Shown: positions 48,223-58,927 of the stretch, in pieces | How the letters are laid out: each line of letters opens with the position of its first letter | How positions within the stretch are numbered: position 1 is the first letter of the stretch | DNA from: an uncultured Clostridiaceae bacterium | GTDB lineage: Bacteria > Bacillota > Clostridia > CAYPLH01 > DUMO01 | DNA: 64,000 nt | Assembly: GCA_964411505.1 (NCBI GenBank) | Contig: CAYPLH010000011.1 | Coordinates: 11,929 to 75,928, forward strand | Direction: 5' to 3' | Position numbers and translations under genes: made by a program | The notes under the pieces: model-generated | What the model was told of the DNA's origin: nothing | Database searches by the model: none | The model's input: the letters and a program-made list of their open reading frames with translations, nothing else

Positions 48223-49992
48223 TCAATTCTCATCTTTATTATACTTCCATCTCCTGCTAATGCTAGGTTGTTTTTTCTTGGATTTGACATTTAGATCGTC
48301 TGGTCGTGTTTCCTGTTTCCATATGTTTCTTCTAAAAACCTGTCCCCCATTTACGTCTGAGGTTGGAGGGGCAAAAGGCACTAGATATGGAACTCCAAAA
48401 GATTTTGAATTTGCCATCCATATAACCTGAATAAACAATCCTATAGATATTCCCAAAAATCCTGATATCGCACCAAGAGCAATGTATGCAAATCGTTGTA
48501 GGCGGAAAGAATACGCAAGTGAAAAATTAGGAATAGCAAAAGAACCTATACCTGTAACAGCAACAATTATTATCAATATGGGACTGACAATATTTGCAGA
48601 GACTGCTGCCTGTCCAAGTATCAAAGCACCAATAATACCTAGTGTTGGGCCTATAGGTCCGGGAATCCTTATTCCAGCTTCTCTAATCAGCTCAAAAGAA
48701 ACCTCCATAATAAGAAGCTCAATTAGCGAAGGAAACGGAACCTTCTCTCTAGAAGCCTCAATTGCCAGCAATAAATCAGTAGGGATCATCTCATGGTGGT
48801 AATTAGTTATTGCAATATATAATCCAGGCAAAAATAATGTTATAATAATAGCTAATATTCTTACACCTCTTAATAAATTTGCATAGGGAAATCTTATATA
48901 TTCATCCTCTGATGAATGGAGAAAATCCCATAATGTTGCAGGCACAATCAAAGCAAATGGGCTTCCATTAATAATTATCGAAATTTTTCCATCACTTAAG
49001 TAGCGTGCAACTCTATCCGGTCTTTCAGTTGACATTACCTGCGGCGAAAGAAAATATGTGTTATCCTCTATCAATTGCTCAAGCTCACCTGAATCAAATA
49101 AATGATCTATTTTGACGCCTTCAAGTCTACGTCTTACCTCATCAACAAGAGAATCATTAGCTATATCCTTTATATAAAGCATGGAACAAGGAGTCTGACT
49201 TCTTTTACCTATAATTATATCTTCAACAATAAGATTATCATCTTTTAGTATTTTTCTAACAAGAGCAGTATTCACCCTTAAAATTTCCCCGAAGCCTTCC
49301 TGTGGTCCTCGAATAACCAATTCGGTACTAGGTTTTTCTACACCTCTGTGTTCCCAACCTTTTACATCCGCAGCGAAGGCAGTATTAACTCCATCTATAA
49401 AAATTCCACAACCACCAAAGTTAATCATAAAAATAACTTTTTCATAATCATCTGTTAGTGTAATCTGTCCTTGATGAAGTAAGTGATTTTTTACATAGTC
49501 AACCACATTGTTATCATCTCCCTTTATCTCAAGATTAGAAAGTAACATTAGTGGCTTTAATACTGACTCATTTATCAAATTTCTATCTGCCAAACCATCA
49601 AAGTACATTAGAAAAGCAGGTACCATTTTATCCCTAAAAACAATTTCAAACTCACGCACAACCATATCACCATTCTTAGGTACACTGTACACTTTTTTCA
49701 TATACTCAAGACTAACTTTAATATCTTTATTGATCTTTAATTTCTTGGAGTCTTTTTTATCTTCATTTTTAGTTTTTTCTAAGCATTCTAAGTCACTGCT
49801 TCTTACGCTACTTTGATCTGTTTCAGGCATAATCAGCTTTTTTATTAGTCCCCTGTTTTTTTTAGGCTTTTCTTCCGATTGTTGGCAACTCCTTTTTTCA
49901 CTTTGCTTATCCTCAGTTAAAACAAACTCTTTGTAATCCTTAGGTTCCCTAAAAATAAAGAAATCTCTGAGTTTGTTCTTTGAATCAGCCAT
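48223..49992 (-). CDS. spore germinant receptor subunit A (GerA family) with a K/E-rich N-terminal extension
   Basis: GerA-family core (ISIIINGSPFALIVPATLWDFL, PFPSLIELLIMEVSFELIREAG). Confidence 0.85.
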   Translation of the reverse strand: MADSKNKLRDFFIFREPKDYKEFVLTEDKQSEKRSCQQSEEKPKKNRGLIKKLIMPETDQSSVRSSDLECLEKTKNEDKKDSKKLKINKDIKVSLEYMKKVYSVPKNGDMVVREFEIVFRDKMVPAFLMYFDGLADRNLINESVLKPLMLLSNLEIKGDDNNVVDYVKNHLLHQGQITLTDDYEKVIFMINFGGCGIFIDGVNTAFAADVKGWEHRGVEKPSTELVIRGPQEGFGEILRVNTALVRKILKDDNLIVEDIIIGKRSQTPCSMLYIKDIANDSLVDEVRRRLEGVKIDHLFDSGELEQLIEDNTYFLSPQVMSTERPDRVARYLSDGKISIIINGSPFALIVPATLWDFLHSSEDEYIRFPYANLLRGVRILAIIITLFLPGLYIAITNYHHEMIPTDLLLAIEASREKVPFPSLIELLIMEVSFELIREAGIRIPGPIGPTLGIIGALILGQAAVSANIVSPILIIIVAVTGIGSFAIPNFSLAYSFRLQRFAYIALGAISGFLGISIGLFIQVIWMANSKSFGVPYLVPFAPPTSDVNGGQVFRRNIWKQETRPDDLNVKSKKKQPSISRRWKYNKDEN

Positions 49993-50013
49993 CTATTTCA
50001 CTCCTTAATCTAT

Positions 50014-50075
50014 AAAAAGGTGGCATGCCACTTTTTTTCGTTAGGGAACCTTATGGCTCCCTTCGTTGAATACTT
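50014..50075. repeat. partial copy (two modules) of the five-hairpin repeat
   Basis: AAAAAGGTGGCATGCCACTTTTTTT plus GGGAACCTTATGGCTCCC, then diverged sequence. Confidence 0.6.
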
Positions 50076-50218
50076 CACATTAAGTACTCTCTTAAAAAAA
50101 ATCATGTAATCATATTATGAGTTTTAAAAAATGGAAATATTCATTAATCTTTAGCCCTAAAAGGAGATAATAGGGAATCTGTGGTGTTTATAGCGCACTT
50201 TGGTATTAGATTTTGCTA

Positions 50219-50247
50219 TTTACACAAGCCGGGTTCTATGCTATAAT
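50219..50247 (+). promoter_or_regulatory. sigma-A-type promoter for tRNA-Pro
   Basis: TTTACA, a 17-nt spacer, TATAAT, ending 13 nt before the tRNA. Confidence 0.6.
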
Positions 50248-50260
50248 TAATATTCGATGT

Positions 50261-50338
50261 CGGGGTGTAGCTCAGTTTGGCTAGAGTGCTTGCTTGGGGT
50301 GCAAGAGGTCGCAAGTTCAAGTCTTGTCACTCCGACCA
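50261..50338 (+). tRNA. tRNA-Pro (anticodon GGG)
   Basis: CGGGGTGTAGCTCAGTTTGGCTAGAGTGCTTGCTTGGGGTGCAAGAGGTCGCAAGTTCAAGTCTTGTCACTCCGACCA has anticodon loop TTGGGGT. Confidence 0.9.
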
Positions 50339-50346
50339 TTGAAAAT

Positions 50347-50381
50347 AGCGGGTTTCAGAAAATCTGAAACTCGCTTTATTT
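50347..50381. terminator. bidirectional hairpin terminator between tRNA-Pro and the convergent GNAT gene
   Basis: AGCGGGTTTCAG-AAAAT-CTGAAACTCGCT followed by TTATTT. Confidence 0.6.
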
Positions 50382-50509
50382 GTAACTTTTGACCCTCTTT
50401 TGACCCACTTCTACTAAATATAATATTTTACACATAACGCTTTTTATGTACTCGTTTAATTCTGAATCTATAATTTCGTATTCCAGAAATGTTTTGATTT
50501 GTTGTAATA

Positions 50510-51088
50510 TTAGCCACTAATTATCTTGTTTATAATACTCCATGCTTTTTGATCATCTTGGAATTGCTTGTCATCCTGTGAATTGTTCCCTCTGATATAT
50601 GGCTTAAACCCAAACTTCTTGTACATTTTGATTGCTTTGTAGCTCCAAGTCTGTGTGGTTAAATAAATATTACCAGTAAAACCCTGCTCATAAAAAAGCA
50701 AAAGAGCCTTGGATATCAATGCCTTACCCAAACCTTTACCTTGTTGATTTGGCATAACAGCAACCCAATGGATACGACCTTGTTCTTTGCCAAACAAATC
50801 ACCATACCATGCAGTAGTTGTAGCTATCTTATCGCCGTTACTATCCTCGATAAAAATACAACGAGATTCCATTAACGAACTTTCCTTGCCAAATTCTCTT
50901 TGAAAGCGCTCTAACGCCTTTTGCTCATCTCCGAATTCACCGACTGAGGTTTCTATTTTAGCCCAGTCCTTTTCGTCTCCCTTTTCGTACATTGAAAACT
51001 TATATCCAACTGGTAAATTAATTTTTACGTCATTATTTATTTCATCCAATACCATAACCACTCCATAATGAGGTATTGACTTATCCAA
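50510..51088 (-). CDS. GNAT-family N-acetyltransferase
   Basis: Acetyl-CoA binding motif VMPNQQGKGLGKALI. TTG start 6 nt after AGGAGA. Confidence 0.8.
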   Translation of the reverse strand: MDKSIPHYGVVMVLDEINNDVKINLPVGYKFSMYEKGDEKDWAKIETSVGEFGDEQKALERFQREFGKESSLMESRCIFIEDSNGDKIATTTAWYGDLFGKEQGRIHWVAVMPNQQGKGLGKALISKALLLFYEQGFTGNIYLTTQTWSYKAIKMYKKFGFKPYIRGNNSQDDKQFQDDQKAWSIINKIISG

Positions 51089-51183
51089 ATTATGTCTCCT
51101 TCCTTGATAGCTAGGTATGTACTAGTAATACTTATTGAACCCCTAGCTCTACCAACATCCTTTTTTACTACTTTATAAGTAAT

Positions 51184-51360
51184 TTATCTTGTTCTTTTTC
51201 CAGTGGCTAATACATAAACAGCATAAGCTGCAAGAACAATTATTGCTATAGGCAAAATTACCTTTATAGCAAAATTTAAAAGTGAAATTGCAATAATAAC
51301 TAACACCAAAACTATTACACCTATCACAGCAAACTTTATTAGACTATGCACTATAACCAT
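51184..51360 (-). CDS. possible small membrane protein (58 aa)
   Basis: MVIVHSLIKFAVIGVIVLVLVIIAISLLNFAIKVILPIAIIVLAAYAVYVLATGKRTR is strongly hydrophobic. AAGGAG lies very close to the ATG. Below the track cut-off. Confidence 0.4.
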   Translation of the reverse strand: MVIVHSLIKFAVIGVIVLVLVIIAISLLNFAIKVILPIAIIVLAAYAVYVLATGKRTR

Positions 51361-51541
51361 TCTCCTTTTATGTAATTAATTATCTTAATTAATTTTATAA
51401 TAAACTTCATATAAAGTCCAGTATTATATAATAATTTTACAAGTTTTTATTAATATTTTTATAACTATACTTATCAACTTTTAAAAAAGTATTTCTTATA
51501 AAATTTATTATGTAACTAATATGTTATAAAATTAATACCCA

Positions 51542-52747
51542 TTAGGTATTAATCATCAAACAAGCAATTTCTTTAATTGCTGATATTGTATAATCAATCT
51601 CGCTAATAGTATTAAAGCACCCCAAACTCAATCGTACAACACCACTTTCCTTCGTACCCAGCGTTTCATGAGCTAAAGGGGCGCAATGCAAACCTGCACG
51701 AGTCGCAATGTTATAGTTCTCATTTAGAATGTAGCTGATTTGCGTTGAATCAAATCCATTAATATTCATTGCTATAATGCCCGAATTACAGGTATCCTTG
51801 CTATATAGCACAACGCCTTCTATCTTACTTAAACTTCTATGCAGTCGCTTTAAAAGCTCATCCTTATGCATCTTAATCTTATCAATGCCATAACAATTAA
51901 TAAAGTCAAGACCAGACCCAAGCCCTATAATTCCCGGTGTATTGAGTGTCCCGCTTTCTAACATATCAGGCATCATATCAGGCTGGTACAGGTAATTAGA
52001 TATACTTCCTGTGCCTCCCTGCATTAGAGGTTCAAGCTTTATGTGATTTCCTGTGCATAATGCCCCTGTTCCCTGCGGACCTAATAGACCCTTATGCCCG
52101 GGAAAAGCAAGTAAGTCAATATTCATTTCTTCCATATCAACAGGTAATAAACCAGCCCCTTGTGATGCATCAACAAGGTATGTTATATTATATTTTCGCG
52201 CGATACTCCCTATCTTTTCAACAGGTAAAACAGTACCGTTAACATTTGATGATAAAGTAGTTACAATAAGTCTTGTGTTTGGTTTAATCGCATATTCTAG
52301 TACATTGGCATCAATTTCTCCATACTTCACACCTTTAATAATGGTGATTTCTACTCCAATATCCCTCTCTAACGTTTTAAGTGGTCTTATTACAGAATTA
52401 TGCTCCATACTGGTTGTGATAACATGATCCCCTGGTCTTAATAATCCTTGGATAGCAATATTGAGAGCTTCTGTTGCATTTTTTGTAAAGCATACATTTA
52501 GTGGACTATTAACGTTAAAAAACTTGCATATCTTTTCCCTAACCTCCATTAACCATCTGCTTGTTTTTTCAGCCATAAAATGGTTGCCTCTCCCAGGGTT
52601 TGCACAGTATCTCTCCATAAATTCTTTCATTTCTTCTATAACCTTTTTCGGCTTTGGGAACGATGTTGCTGCATTATCTAAATATACAACAGCATTGTCA
52701 GAAAAAGATTCTATTCTTTCACTACTTTTATTAATAAGTTTTAGCAT
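51542..52747 (-). CDS. class V aminotransferase / cysteine desulfurase family protein
   Basis: YLDNAATSFPKP, a PLP-lysine context (FPGHKGLLGPQGTG) and a C-terminal RLSLGCFN region. ATG 52747 follows GGAGG. Confidence 0.85.
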   Translation of the reverse strand: MLKLINKSSERIESFSDNAVVYLDNAATSFPKPKKVIEEMKEFMERYCANPGRGNHFMAEKTSRWLMEVREKICKFFNVNSPLNVCFTKNATEALNIAIQGLLRPGDHVITTSMEHNSVIRPLKTLERDIGVEITIIKGVKYGEIDANVLEYAIKPNTRLIVTTLSSNVNGTVLPVEKIGSIARKYNITYLVDASQGAGLLPVDMEEMNIDLLAFPGHKGLLGPQGTGALCTGNHIKLEPLMQGGTGSISNYLYQPDMMPDMLESGTLNTPGIIGLGSGLDFINCYGIDKIKMHKDELLKRLHRSLSKIEGVVLYSKDTCNSGIIAMNINGFDSTQISYILNENYNIATRAGLHCAPLAHETLGTKESGVVRLSLGCFNTISEIDYTISAIKEIACLMINT

Positions 52748-52929
52748 TGTTTCCTCCAAAAGACTTAAAGCTCTTAACCCTTTACTCTTCAAAGTAGAGC
52801 TTTATAGCTAAAAAAAAAGGAAAATATAATAGTGTTTAATCCCTTAACCATCATATGCTAATGCCTTTGTAATGTTGATTTAATTTGAGTTTGTGTAATT
52901 AGTATAAGACACGTTCATTGAATTATAAT

Positions 52930-53268
52930 GAGTAAACCTTTAAGCCGGGTTCTGTATTAAACAGTCATCTATCTAGGCTTTGCATTTCTGCAAAACTCAA
53001 GCCACCTATCCGGGACTGGCGGGCTACCATATTGTCCCTCTTTGCGGTGTTGCTCCAAGTGGGGTTTACATAGCCGGCAAGTCGCCATGCCGCTGGTGAG
53101 CTCTTACCTCACCTTTCCACCCTTACCGGAAAAACCGGCGGTATATCTCTGTTGCACTTTCCTTAAAGTCACCTTCACCGGGAGTTACCCGGCACTCTGC
53201 CCTCTGGAGCCCGGACTTTCCTCATGTACGACCTTTCGGTACTGCACATGCGACTGTCTGGTTTACTC
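52930..53268 (-). ncRNA. rnpB: RNase P RNA (bacterial type B)
   Basis: The minus strand contains the universally conserved GAGGAAAGTCCGGGCTCC near the 5' end and ACAGAACCCGGCTTA near the 3' end. A terminal P1 pairing is GAGTAAACC/GGTTTACTC. The ends are approximate. Confidence 0.9.
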
Positions 53269-53406
53269 AAAATATTATAATATGCTTGATAATTGGTTGA
53301 AGCTTTCTTACCAACTATCAGCAAAGATTACATTGAACTATTGCTATTGCTTGATACCTTGGTAAGGAAACTTGTTCATTAAATATACTACATCAACAAA
53401 AATATG

Positions 53407-54297
53407 TCAAGCAAAGCGCACAGGATTTTTTTCCCACTTGCTTTTAAAAATTTCAATAGTTTTAAACTCTTTTTCGATTAATTTAACCATGAGATCTTTA
53501 ACAATTATCTCAGTTGAATAATGACCTGCATCAATAACACAAAAACCTATTTCAGTAAGATCAATTGCTTCATTATGTTTAATATCACCTGTCACTAATA
53601 CATCAGGTCTTTCTCTAAACAAACCCGAGCGATTCCCGTCAAAACCACCACAAAAAACAGCTGCTTTTTGAATTCGTACAGGTACATTACCTATTACTCT
53701 AACATATTCTACTCCAAGGGCTTCTTTAAGCCTTTTGAGAAACTCACTAAAGGTACAGGATGGATTAATCATGCCTACCTTTCCAAGTCCGTATTCGTGT
53801 TCTTTTTTGTTCAATGCGGTGATGTCATCAGCAATCATATCATTAGAAGAAGTTTCATCATTGAAGATAACTATCTCATTTGATGCAAATTCCTCATAGT
53901 GGAAGGATTTGTAAAAGTTCAAATCTCGAATCTCAGAAAGCCCAAGAATGCTTGCTAAATACTCATTAAGACCTTCATTTGCAATATCTAAGTTTGTATG
54001 TGCACTATAAACCGCAATATCATTCTTAATTAATTCATACAGTATTTTACCTTTAAAATCATCCTTTATAACTTTGGTTAATGGTTTGAAGATTATTGGG
54101 TGATGGGATATTATAAGATGCACATTTTTATGTACAGCTTCTTCTACAACTTCAGAAGTAACATCAAGGCAGACCATTATTTTTTTTATTTCATCATATA
54201 ATCCGCCTAAAAGCAAGCCAGGATTATCCCATTCCTCAGCCAGTGCTAAAGGTGCTATCTTCTCAAAATATGTTGATATCTGTTTGCATGTAACCAT
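53407..54297 (-). CDS. Nif3-like dinuclear metal centre protein (YqfO family)
   Basis: AEEWDNPGLL, ISHHP and AHTNLD motifs. Downstream of trmK, as in Bacillus. Confidence 0.85.
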   Translation of the reverse strand: MVTCKQISTYFEKIAPLALAEEWDNPGLLLGGLYDEIKKIMVCLDVTSEVVEEAVHKNVHLIISHHPIIFKPLTKVIKDDFKGKILYELIKNDIAVYSAHTNLDIANEGLNEYLASILGLSEIRDLNFYKSFHYEEFASNEIVIFNDETSSNDMIADDITALNKKEHEYGLGKVGMINPSCTFSEFLKRLKEALGVEYVRVIGNVPVRIQKAAVFCGGFDGNRSGLFRERPDVLVTGDIKHNEAIDLTEIGFCVIDAGHYSTEIIVKDLMVKLIEKEFKTIEIFKSKWEKNPVRFA

Positions 54298-54354
54298 AGT
54301 TCATTCCTCCATGTCATATTGGATTGCACCAGATGATAACTTACGATGCGATTT

Positions 54355-55038
54355 TCATATTTTAAGCTTTTCAATTTTAATAATTAATTCATTGATTTTT
54401 CTTATTCTTTCATCATTATTATGTAATGAGTCTTTCAGCCCATTTATTACTTTCCACAGCTTCGATATCCTTTGATCAATGTAATCATTAAGCAGTGGAT
54501 CTTTTTTTTCAATTAACTTTTTCCCAATCAAACTATGGACATAATCAATCTTTTCCACTGTTCCAGTCCATTTTGTGCATATGACAGTATAAATTCGCCT
54601 GCCTTCTGCAATAAGCTCTTCATCATAAATGGAAAACCCATTACTTAAAAGCCACTTTCTAACCTCGCTTATTGCAGTCATCGGTTGTATAATCATAGTT
54701 TTAGCTCTTTGCGCTTTTTCTAAGTCATCTTTCAGAATCCTTATAATAAGTTCTCCACCCATTCCTGAAATAACAACTACGTCTACATTCTCGTCATCTA
54801 TAGGCTCCAGTCCTGCACCAATTCTTGTTTCAATTTTATCTCCAAGACCATAGGTATTAATGTTTCTTCTTGCAATCTCAACAGGACCTTTGCGTATATC
54901 TGAAGCTATTCCCTTTTTACACTTTCCTTCCATAACCAGATATATTGGGACAAATGCATGATCTGTGCCAATATCGGCCAACATTTCACATTTGGGTACT
55001 TTATTAGCTATTAGATATAGCCTTCCTTTTAAATTCAT
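54355..55038 (-). CDS. trmK: tRNA (adenine22-N1)-methyltransferase
   Basis: LADIGTDHAFVPIYL and ISGMGGELI motifs. ATG 55038 follows GGAGG. Confidence 0.85.
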   Translation of the reverse strand: MNLKGRLYLIANKVPKCEMLADIGTDHAFVPIYLVMEGKCKKGIASDIRKGPVEIARRNINTYGLGDKIETRIGAGLEPIDDENVDVVVISGMGGELIIRILKDDLEKAQRAKTMIIQPMTAISEVRKWLLSNGFSIYDEELIAEGRRIYTVICTKWTGTVEKIDYVHSLIGKKLIEKKDPLLNDYIDQRISKLWKVINGLKDSLHNNDERIRKINELIIKIEKLKI

Positions 55039-55137
55039 TTTTCGCCTCCACAACATGGGTATGGGTAATTTTTTATAACTTGGACAAAACTATTATTGAA
55101 ATATATAAAAAAACTTTATTCATTCAGGAGGTTTCTT

Positions 55138-55317
55138 ATGATTTCACAATTCAGAGGTAAAATTAAAGATATTGAAGCTGCTTCCGAAACTGTAATTAGT
55201 GGAAGCGAAATTGTAAACACACATATTAACAGCAAGGGAGGAGTATCAGGGAAAAAAAGCATTACCTCCCAGTTAACAACACAACCAGACTGCGAAAACA
55301 ACATAGAGAAAAAATAG
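55138..55317 (+). CDS. possible small protein (59 aa)
   Basis: ATG 7 nt after AGGAGG (MISQFRGKIKDIEAASETVISGSEIVNTHINSKGG...). No family recognised. Confidence 0.4.
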   Translation: MISQFRGKIKDIEAASETVISGSEIVNTHINSKGGVSGKKSITSQLTTQPDCENNIEKK

Positions 55318-55361
55318 CCGGTAGAATTTTTTCATAAATATTATTTGCATTTTGGTAAAGT

Positions 55362-55438
55362 TGGTGGGCCTTCAGGGACTCGAACCCCGGACCGACCGGT
55401 TATGAGCCGGTTGCTCTAACCAACTGAGCTAAAGGCCC
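55362..55438 (-). tRNA. tRNA with anticodon CAT (Met or lysidine-modified Ile2; resembles Ile2 type)
   Basis: GGGCCTTTAGCTCAGTTGGTTAGAGCAACCGGCTCATAACCGGTCGGTCCGGGGTTCGAGTCCCTGAAGGCCCACCA has anticodon loop CTCATAA. Confidence 0.9.
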
Positions 55439-55441
55439 TAA

Positions 55442-55517
55442 TGGCTCCTCAAGTTGGACTCGAACCAACGACCCTGCGGTTAACAGCCGCATGCTCTACC
55501 GACTGAGCTATTGAGGA
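55442..55517 (-). tRNA. tRNA-Asn (anticodon GTT)
   Basis: TCCTCAATAGCTCAGTCGGTAGAGCATGCGGCTGTTAACCGCAGGGTCGTTGGTTCGAGTCCAACTTGAGGAGCCA has anticodon loop CTGTTAA. Confidence 0.9.
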
Positions 55518-55662
55518 ATAATTTGGTTCATAATATTTTAGAACCAAATAACATTATACTTGTGCCTTAATAATTGTTCAAAGAAATAATTCCCGGCTAT
55601 TAACCTTACGATCAAACTATGTTTGTGTTGCTCCAAAATTCGCTTTCATACTTGCTTTCACA

Positions 55663-55899
55663 TCATATTTCGTTATTATGTTTATTATTTCTAGTATACT
55701 CATTCAAAGCCTCTCTTAGCTTAGATGCATGTATCCCTTCATCCTCTGCAAATTCCTTAAACATTTCCCGAATATCATCTTCTTCAACCCTCTTTGAGTA
55801 CATTTCAAAATCTCTTACCATTTCCATTGAATTTTCCCACGCTCTCATTAATCTATCATGGGTATTCATTTCAGGCTGATTTTTGTCCATTTTCTCCAC
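55663..55899 (-). CDS. small acidic helical protein (78 aa), function unknown
   Basis: An ORF with a helical-bundle-like composition (EDDIREMFKEFAEDEGIHASKLREAL). No confident family. Confidence 0.5.
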   Translation of the reverse strand: MEKMDKNQPEMNTHDRLMRAWENSMEMVRDFEMYSKRVEEDDIREMFKEFAEDEGIHASKLREALNEYTRNNKHNNEI

Positions 55900-56058
55900 C
55901 TCTATTTAAATAGTATAACTCTATTTGTATTTTTTCTTTAAAGCTAATTCGCTATCCGTGTTATTATTTGTAAGGATATATCTTTAATCCACTGGCAATA
56001 TTCTCTTTTACATAATATAAACAATATACTTCAAAAAAAAACTCGATATAAATCGAGT

Positions 56059-57135
56059 TTAATCAAGATAATCTTTTAATTTTTTACTTCGACTAGGATG
56101 TCGAAGTTTCCTTAACGCTTTAGCTTCTATCTGCCTGATCCTCTCTCTTGTCACATTGAATTCTTTTCCTACCTCCTCAAGAGTGCGAGCTCTTCCATCA
56201 TCCAGCCCAAACCTTAATCTTAGGACTCTTTCTTCTCTTGGGGTTAAAGTATCAAGAACATCTATAAGCTGTTCCTTAAGTAATGTAAATGCAGCTGTTT
56301 CTGCAGGAGCAGGCGCCTCATCATCAGGTATGAAGTCACCCAAATGACTATCCTCTTCCTCTCCGATCGGTGTTTCAAGAGAAACAGGCTCTTGGGAAAT
56401 TTTCATTATCTCACGAACTCTTTCTACTGTCATATTCATTTCCACTGCAATCTCATCAGGCGTAGGTTCTCTGCCTAGTTCTTGCAGAAGCTGTCTGGAC
56501 ACTCTGATAAGTTTGTTTATAGTTTCAACCATATGCACAGGTATTCTTATAGTTCTGGCTTGGTCTGCAATTGCTCTTGTAATTGCCTGTCTGATCCACC
56601 AGGTTGCATACGTGCTGAACTTAAAACCTTTAGTATAATCAAACTTTTCAACCGCTTTTATAAGACCAAGATTTCCCTCCTGAATCAAATCAAGAAAAAG
56701 CATTCCACGACCAACATATCTTTTGGCTATACTTACAACAAGTCTAAGATTTGCTTCTGCTAATCTTTTCTTAGCTTCAATGCTTCCTTGCTCCATCTGC
56801 ATAGCAAGTTCTCGTTCTTCTTCAGCAGTTAATAGCGCAACCTTTCCAATTTCTTTCAGATACATCCGCACAGGATCATCTATGCTGACTCCTTCAGGTA
56901 CACTGATATCAATATTCTCGTTGTCCTCCTGAGCTTCTTCCACTTCAGCATCAAAATCACCTACAAGATCAATCCCGATATTCTCTACAGTTTCATATAT
57001 TTTCTCAATTTGTTCCGGATTAAGTTCAACTTCTTCAAAGGCATCAATTATCTCTTTATAGGTCAACATGCCTTTTGACTTACCTTTCTCTACTAATTCT
57101 TTTAAAATACTCTTCTTATTGCTACTAATCTTCAT
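56059..57135 (-). CDS. sigA: RNA polymerase primary sigma factor
   Basis: Regions 1.1-4.2 are present, including [46 protein letters not shown] and [19 protein letters not shown]. Confidence 0.95.
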   Translation of the reverse strand: MKISSNKKSILKELVEKGKSKGMLTYKEIIDAFEEVELNPEQIEKIYETVENIGIDLVGDFDAEVEEAQEDNENIDISVPEGVSIDDPVRMYLKEIGKVALLTAEEERELAMQMEQGSIEAKKRLAEANLRLVVSIAKRYVGRGMLFLDLIQEGNLGLIKAVEKFDYTKGFKFSTYATWWIRQAITRAIADQARTIRIPVHMVETINKLIRVSRQLLQELGREPTPDEIAVEMNMTVERVREIMKISQEPVSLETPIGEEEDSHLGDFIPDDEAPAPAETAAFTLLKEQLIDVLDTLTPREERVLRLRFGLDDGRARTLEEVGKEFNVTRERIRQIEAKALRKLRHPSRSKKLKDYLD

Positions 57136-58927
57136 TCCGATTCCCTCCCTTCTTCAGGAGTAATATTTTTATCATAATTGATTTTAATTCGTGATTTAAT
57201 TTTTCAACAACTCCTTCATCCTGTTGTGCTTGCAGTGAATCCAATATTTCCAACCTTCTTATATCAAGCTTATATAACTCAATTTTATTTAGTATATCCA
57301 CTACACCCTTTTTAATATCATCGCAGTTACAATCTTCCTGCATAACACCACCGAACTTACCTGCCAGATCCTCATTGACAAAATTCAGTAGCTCAGCTGG
57401 TATTATTCCTTCCTTGCTCCTTAATCTTTCAAATGCAAAATTCGCTACATCTGCATTTTCAGAAGTAAAATCATACTCGCCTAATCTGTCATTAATGACA
57501 AAGTAAGCACTGTTATCAATACACAGAAAAGACAATAATATTCTTTCATAATATGCAAGCTTTTCTTCTTTATAAATACCCTCTTGGTTGCTGTTAACAC
57601 TGTTTTTTTTAATTTCAAATGTTCTTCTTATCTTTTGCCCGGGTTTTGCTCTTTTATACACTTCAGTAGCAAGAGATTCTTTTGGAATATTATATTCTTT
57701 AGCAAGCTTACTTATATACATATCTCTTTCTACTCTGTTATCAATTTTCGAAAGTAAGTCAGAGCATTTGTTTAAGAACTCAATTTTTCCATCTGTTGAG
57801 TCTATGTTAATCTGGTTTTTCAAAACTTTAATTTTATATTCTACAAGAGGTAATGCATTGTCTGCCAGCTTCCTGTATGATAATTCCCCATTCTTTTTTA
57901 CAAATTCGTCCGGATCTTTTCCATCAGGAAGAACCAGTACTTTAACATTACATCCTATACCATTCAAAATATCCAAGCCCCTTATGGTTGCAGCTTGTCC
58001 TGCAGTATCTGCATCATATGATATAATTATTTCCTCAAAATATTTTTTTAACAATCTCCCCTGGCTTTCTGTCAGAGATGTTCCCAAAGAAGCTACAGCA
58101 TTATTAATCCCGCATTGATGAAGTGATATACTATCCATATATCCTTCAACAACAATAACACTTTTCTCTCCAGAAGTTCGCGCAAAATTCATAGCATACA
58201 AGTTTTTTCTTTTGTTATACACAATTGTTTCAGGTGAATTCATATATTTAGGACCAGACGAATCTATTATTCGACCTCCAAAACCAATAACATTACCTCG
58301 GATGTCAAATATAGGAAATATAATTCTGCCTCTGAATCTGTCAAAATAACCGCCTTTTTTGTCTTTGATTATTAAGCCACTCTGTAATATTGATTGGGCA
58401 TCAAAACCAACATGAACCAAGTATCTATATAGTTCATCCCAATCTTCGGAACTGTATCCGATCCCAAATTTGGTAATCGTCTTAGCAGTTAATCCTCTAT
58501 CTCCGAGATATTTCCTGACCTTTTCAGAACCACTGGCGTTTAATTTGTCATAAAAAAATCTTGCAGCCTGAGTATTGATCTTGGTAATACTTTTGATAAG
58601 CCCAGCTTTTCTAATGGCCTCTTTACTTTGCTCTTCAGGCAAAGGTATATGTGACCTTTCAGCCAGCAGTCTCACTGACTCAAGAAAATCAAGATTTTCT
58701 ATATTCATAATAAATTGGATTACGTTGCCACCTTTTCCGCAGCCGAAACAGTTATATATCTGTTTTGTAGGCGATACAGAAAGAGAAGGCGTTTTTTCTC
58801 TATGAAAAGGGCATAATCCAAAATAGTTGGCACCTTTTTTTTCCAGCTTTATATACTCTGAAACAACATTTACTATGTCATTGCTTACTCTGACTTCCTC
58901 TATTAAATCTTCAGGATAGAACAACAT
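57125..58927 (-). CDS. dnaG: DNA primase
   Basis: Zinc-ribbon [15 protein letters not shown]...CFGCGKGGN and a Toprim region ([15 protein letters not shown]). The stop overlaps the sigA start by 11 nt. Confidence 0.95.
   Translation of the reverse strand: MLFYPEDLIEEVRVSNDIVNVVSEYIKLEKKGANYFGLCPFHREKTPSLSVSPTKQIYNCFGCGKGGNVIQFIMNIENLDFLESVRLLAERSHIPLPEEQSKEAIRKAGLIKSITKINTQAARFFYDKLNASGSEKVRKYLGDRGLTAKTITKFGIGYSSEDWDELYRYLVHVGFDAQSILQSGLIIKDKKGGYFDRFRGRIIFPIFDIRGNVIGFGGRIIDSSGPKYMNSPETIVYNKRKNLYAMNFARTSGEKSVIVVEGYMDSISLHQCGINNAVASLGTSLTESQGRLLKKYFEEIIISYDADTAGQAATIRGLDILNGIGCNVKVLVLPDGKDPDEFVKKNGELSYRKLADNALPLVEYKIKVLKNQINIDSTDGKIEFLNKCSDLLSKIDNRVERDMYISKLAKEYNIPKESLATEVYKRAKPGQKIRRTFEIKKNSVNSNQEGIYKEEKLAYYERILLSFLCIDNSAYFVINDRLGEYDFTSENADVANFAFERLRSKEGIIPAELLNFVNEDLAGKFGGVMQEDCNCDDIKKGVVDILNKIELYKLDIRRLEILDSLQAQQDEGVVEKLNHELKSIMIKILLLKKGGNRNED

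Noticed and set aside
50225-50241. AAGCCGGGTTCT upstream of tRNA-Pro resembles the complement of the RNase P RNA 3' end (52943-52954).
   Set aside because: It is a 12-nt match lying in the spacer of a consensus TTTACA-17-TATAAT promoter, with no surrounding RNase P-like structure.
53042-53365. 107-aa + strand ORF in the track.
   Set aside because: It lies antisense across the RNase P RNA gene, and its unusual composition is explained by the structured RNA.
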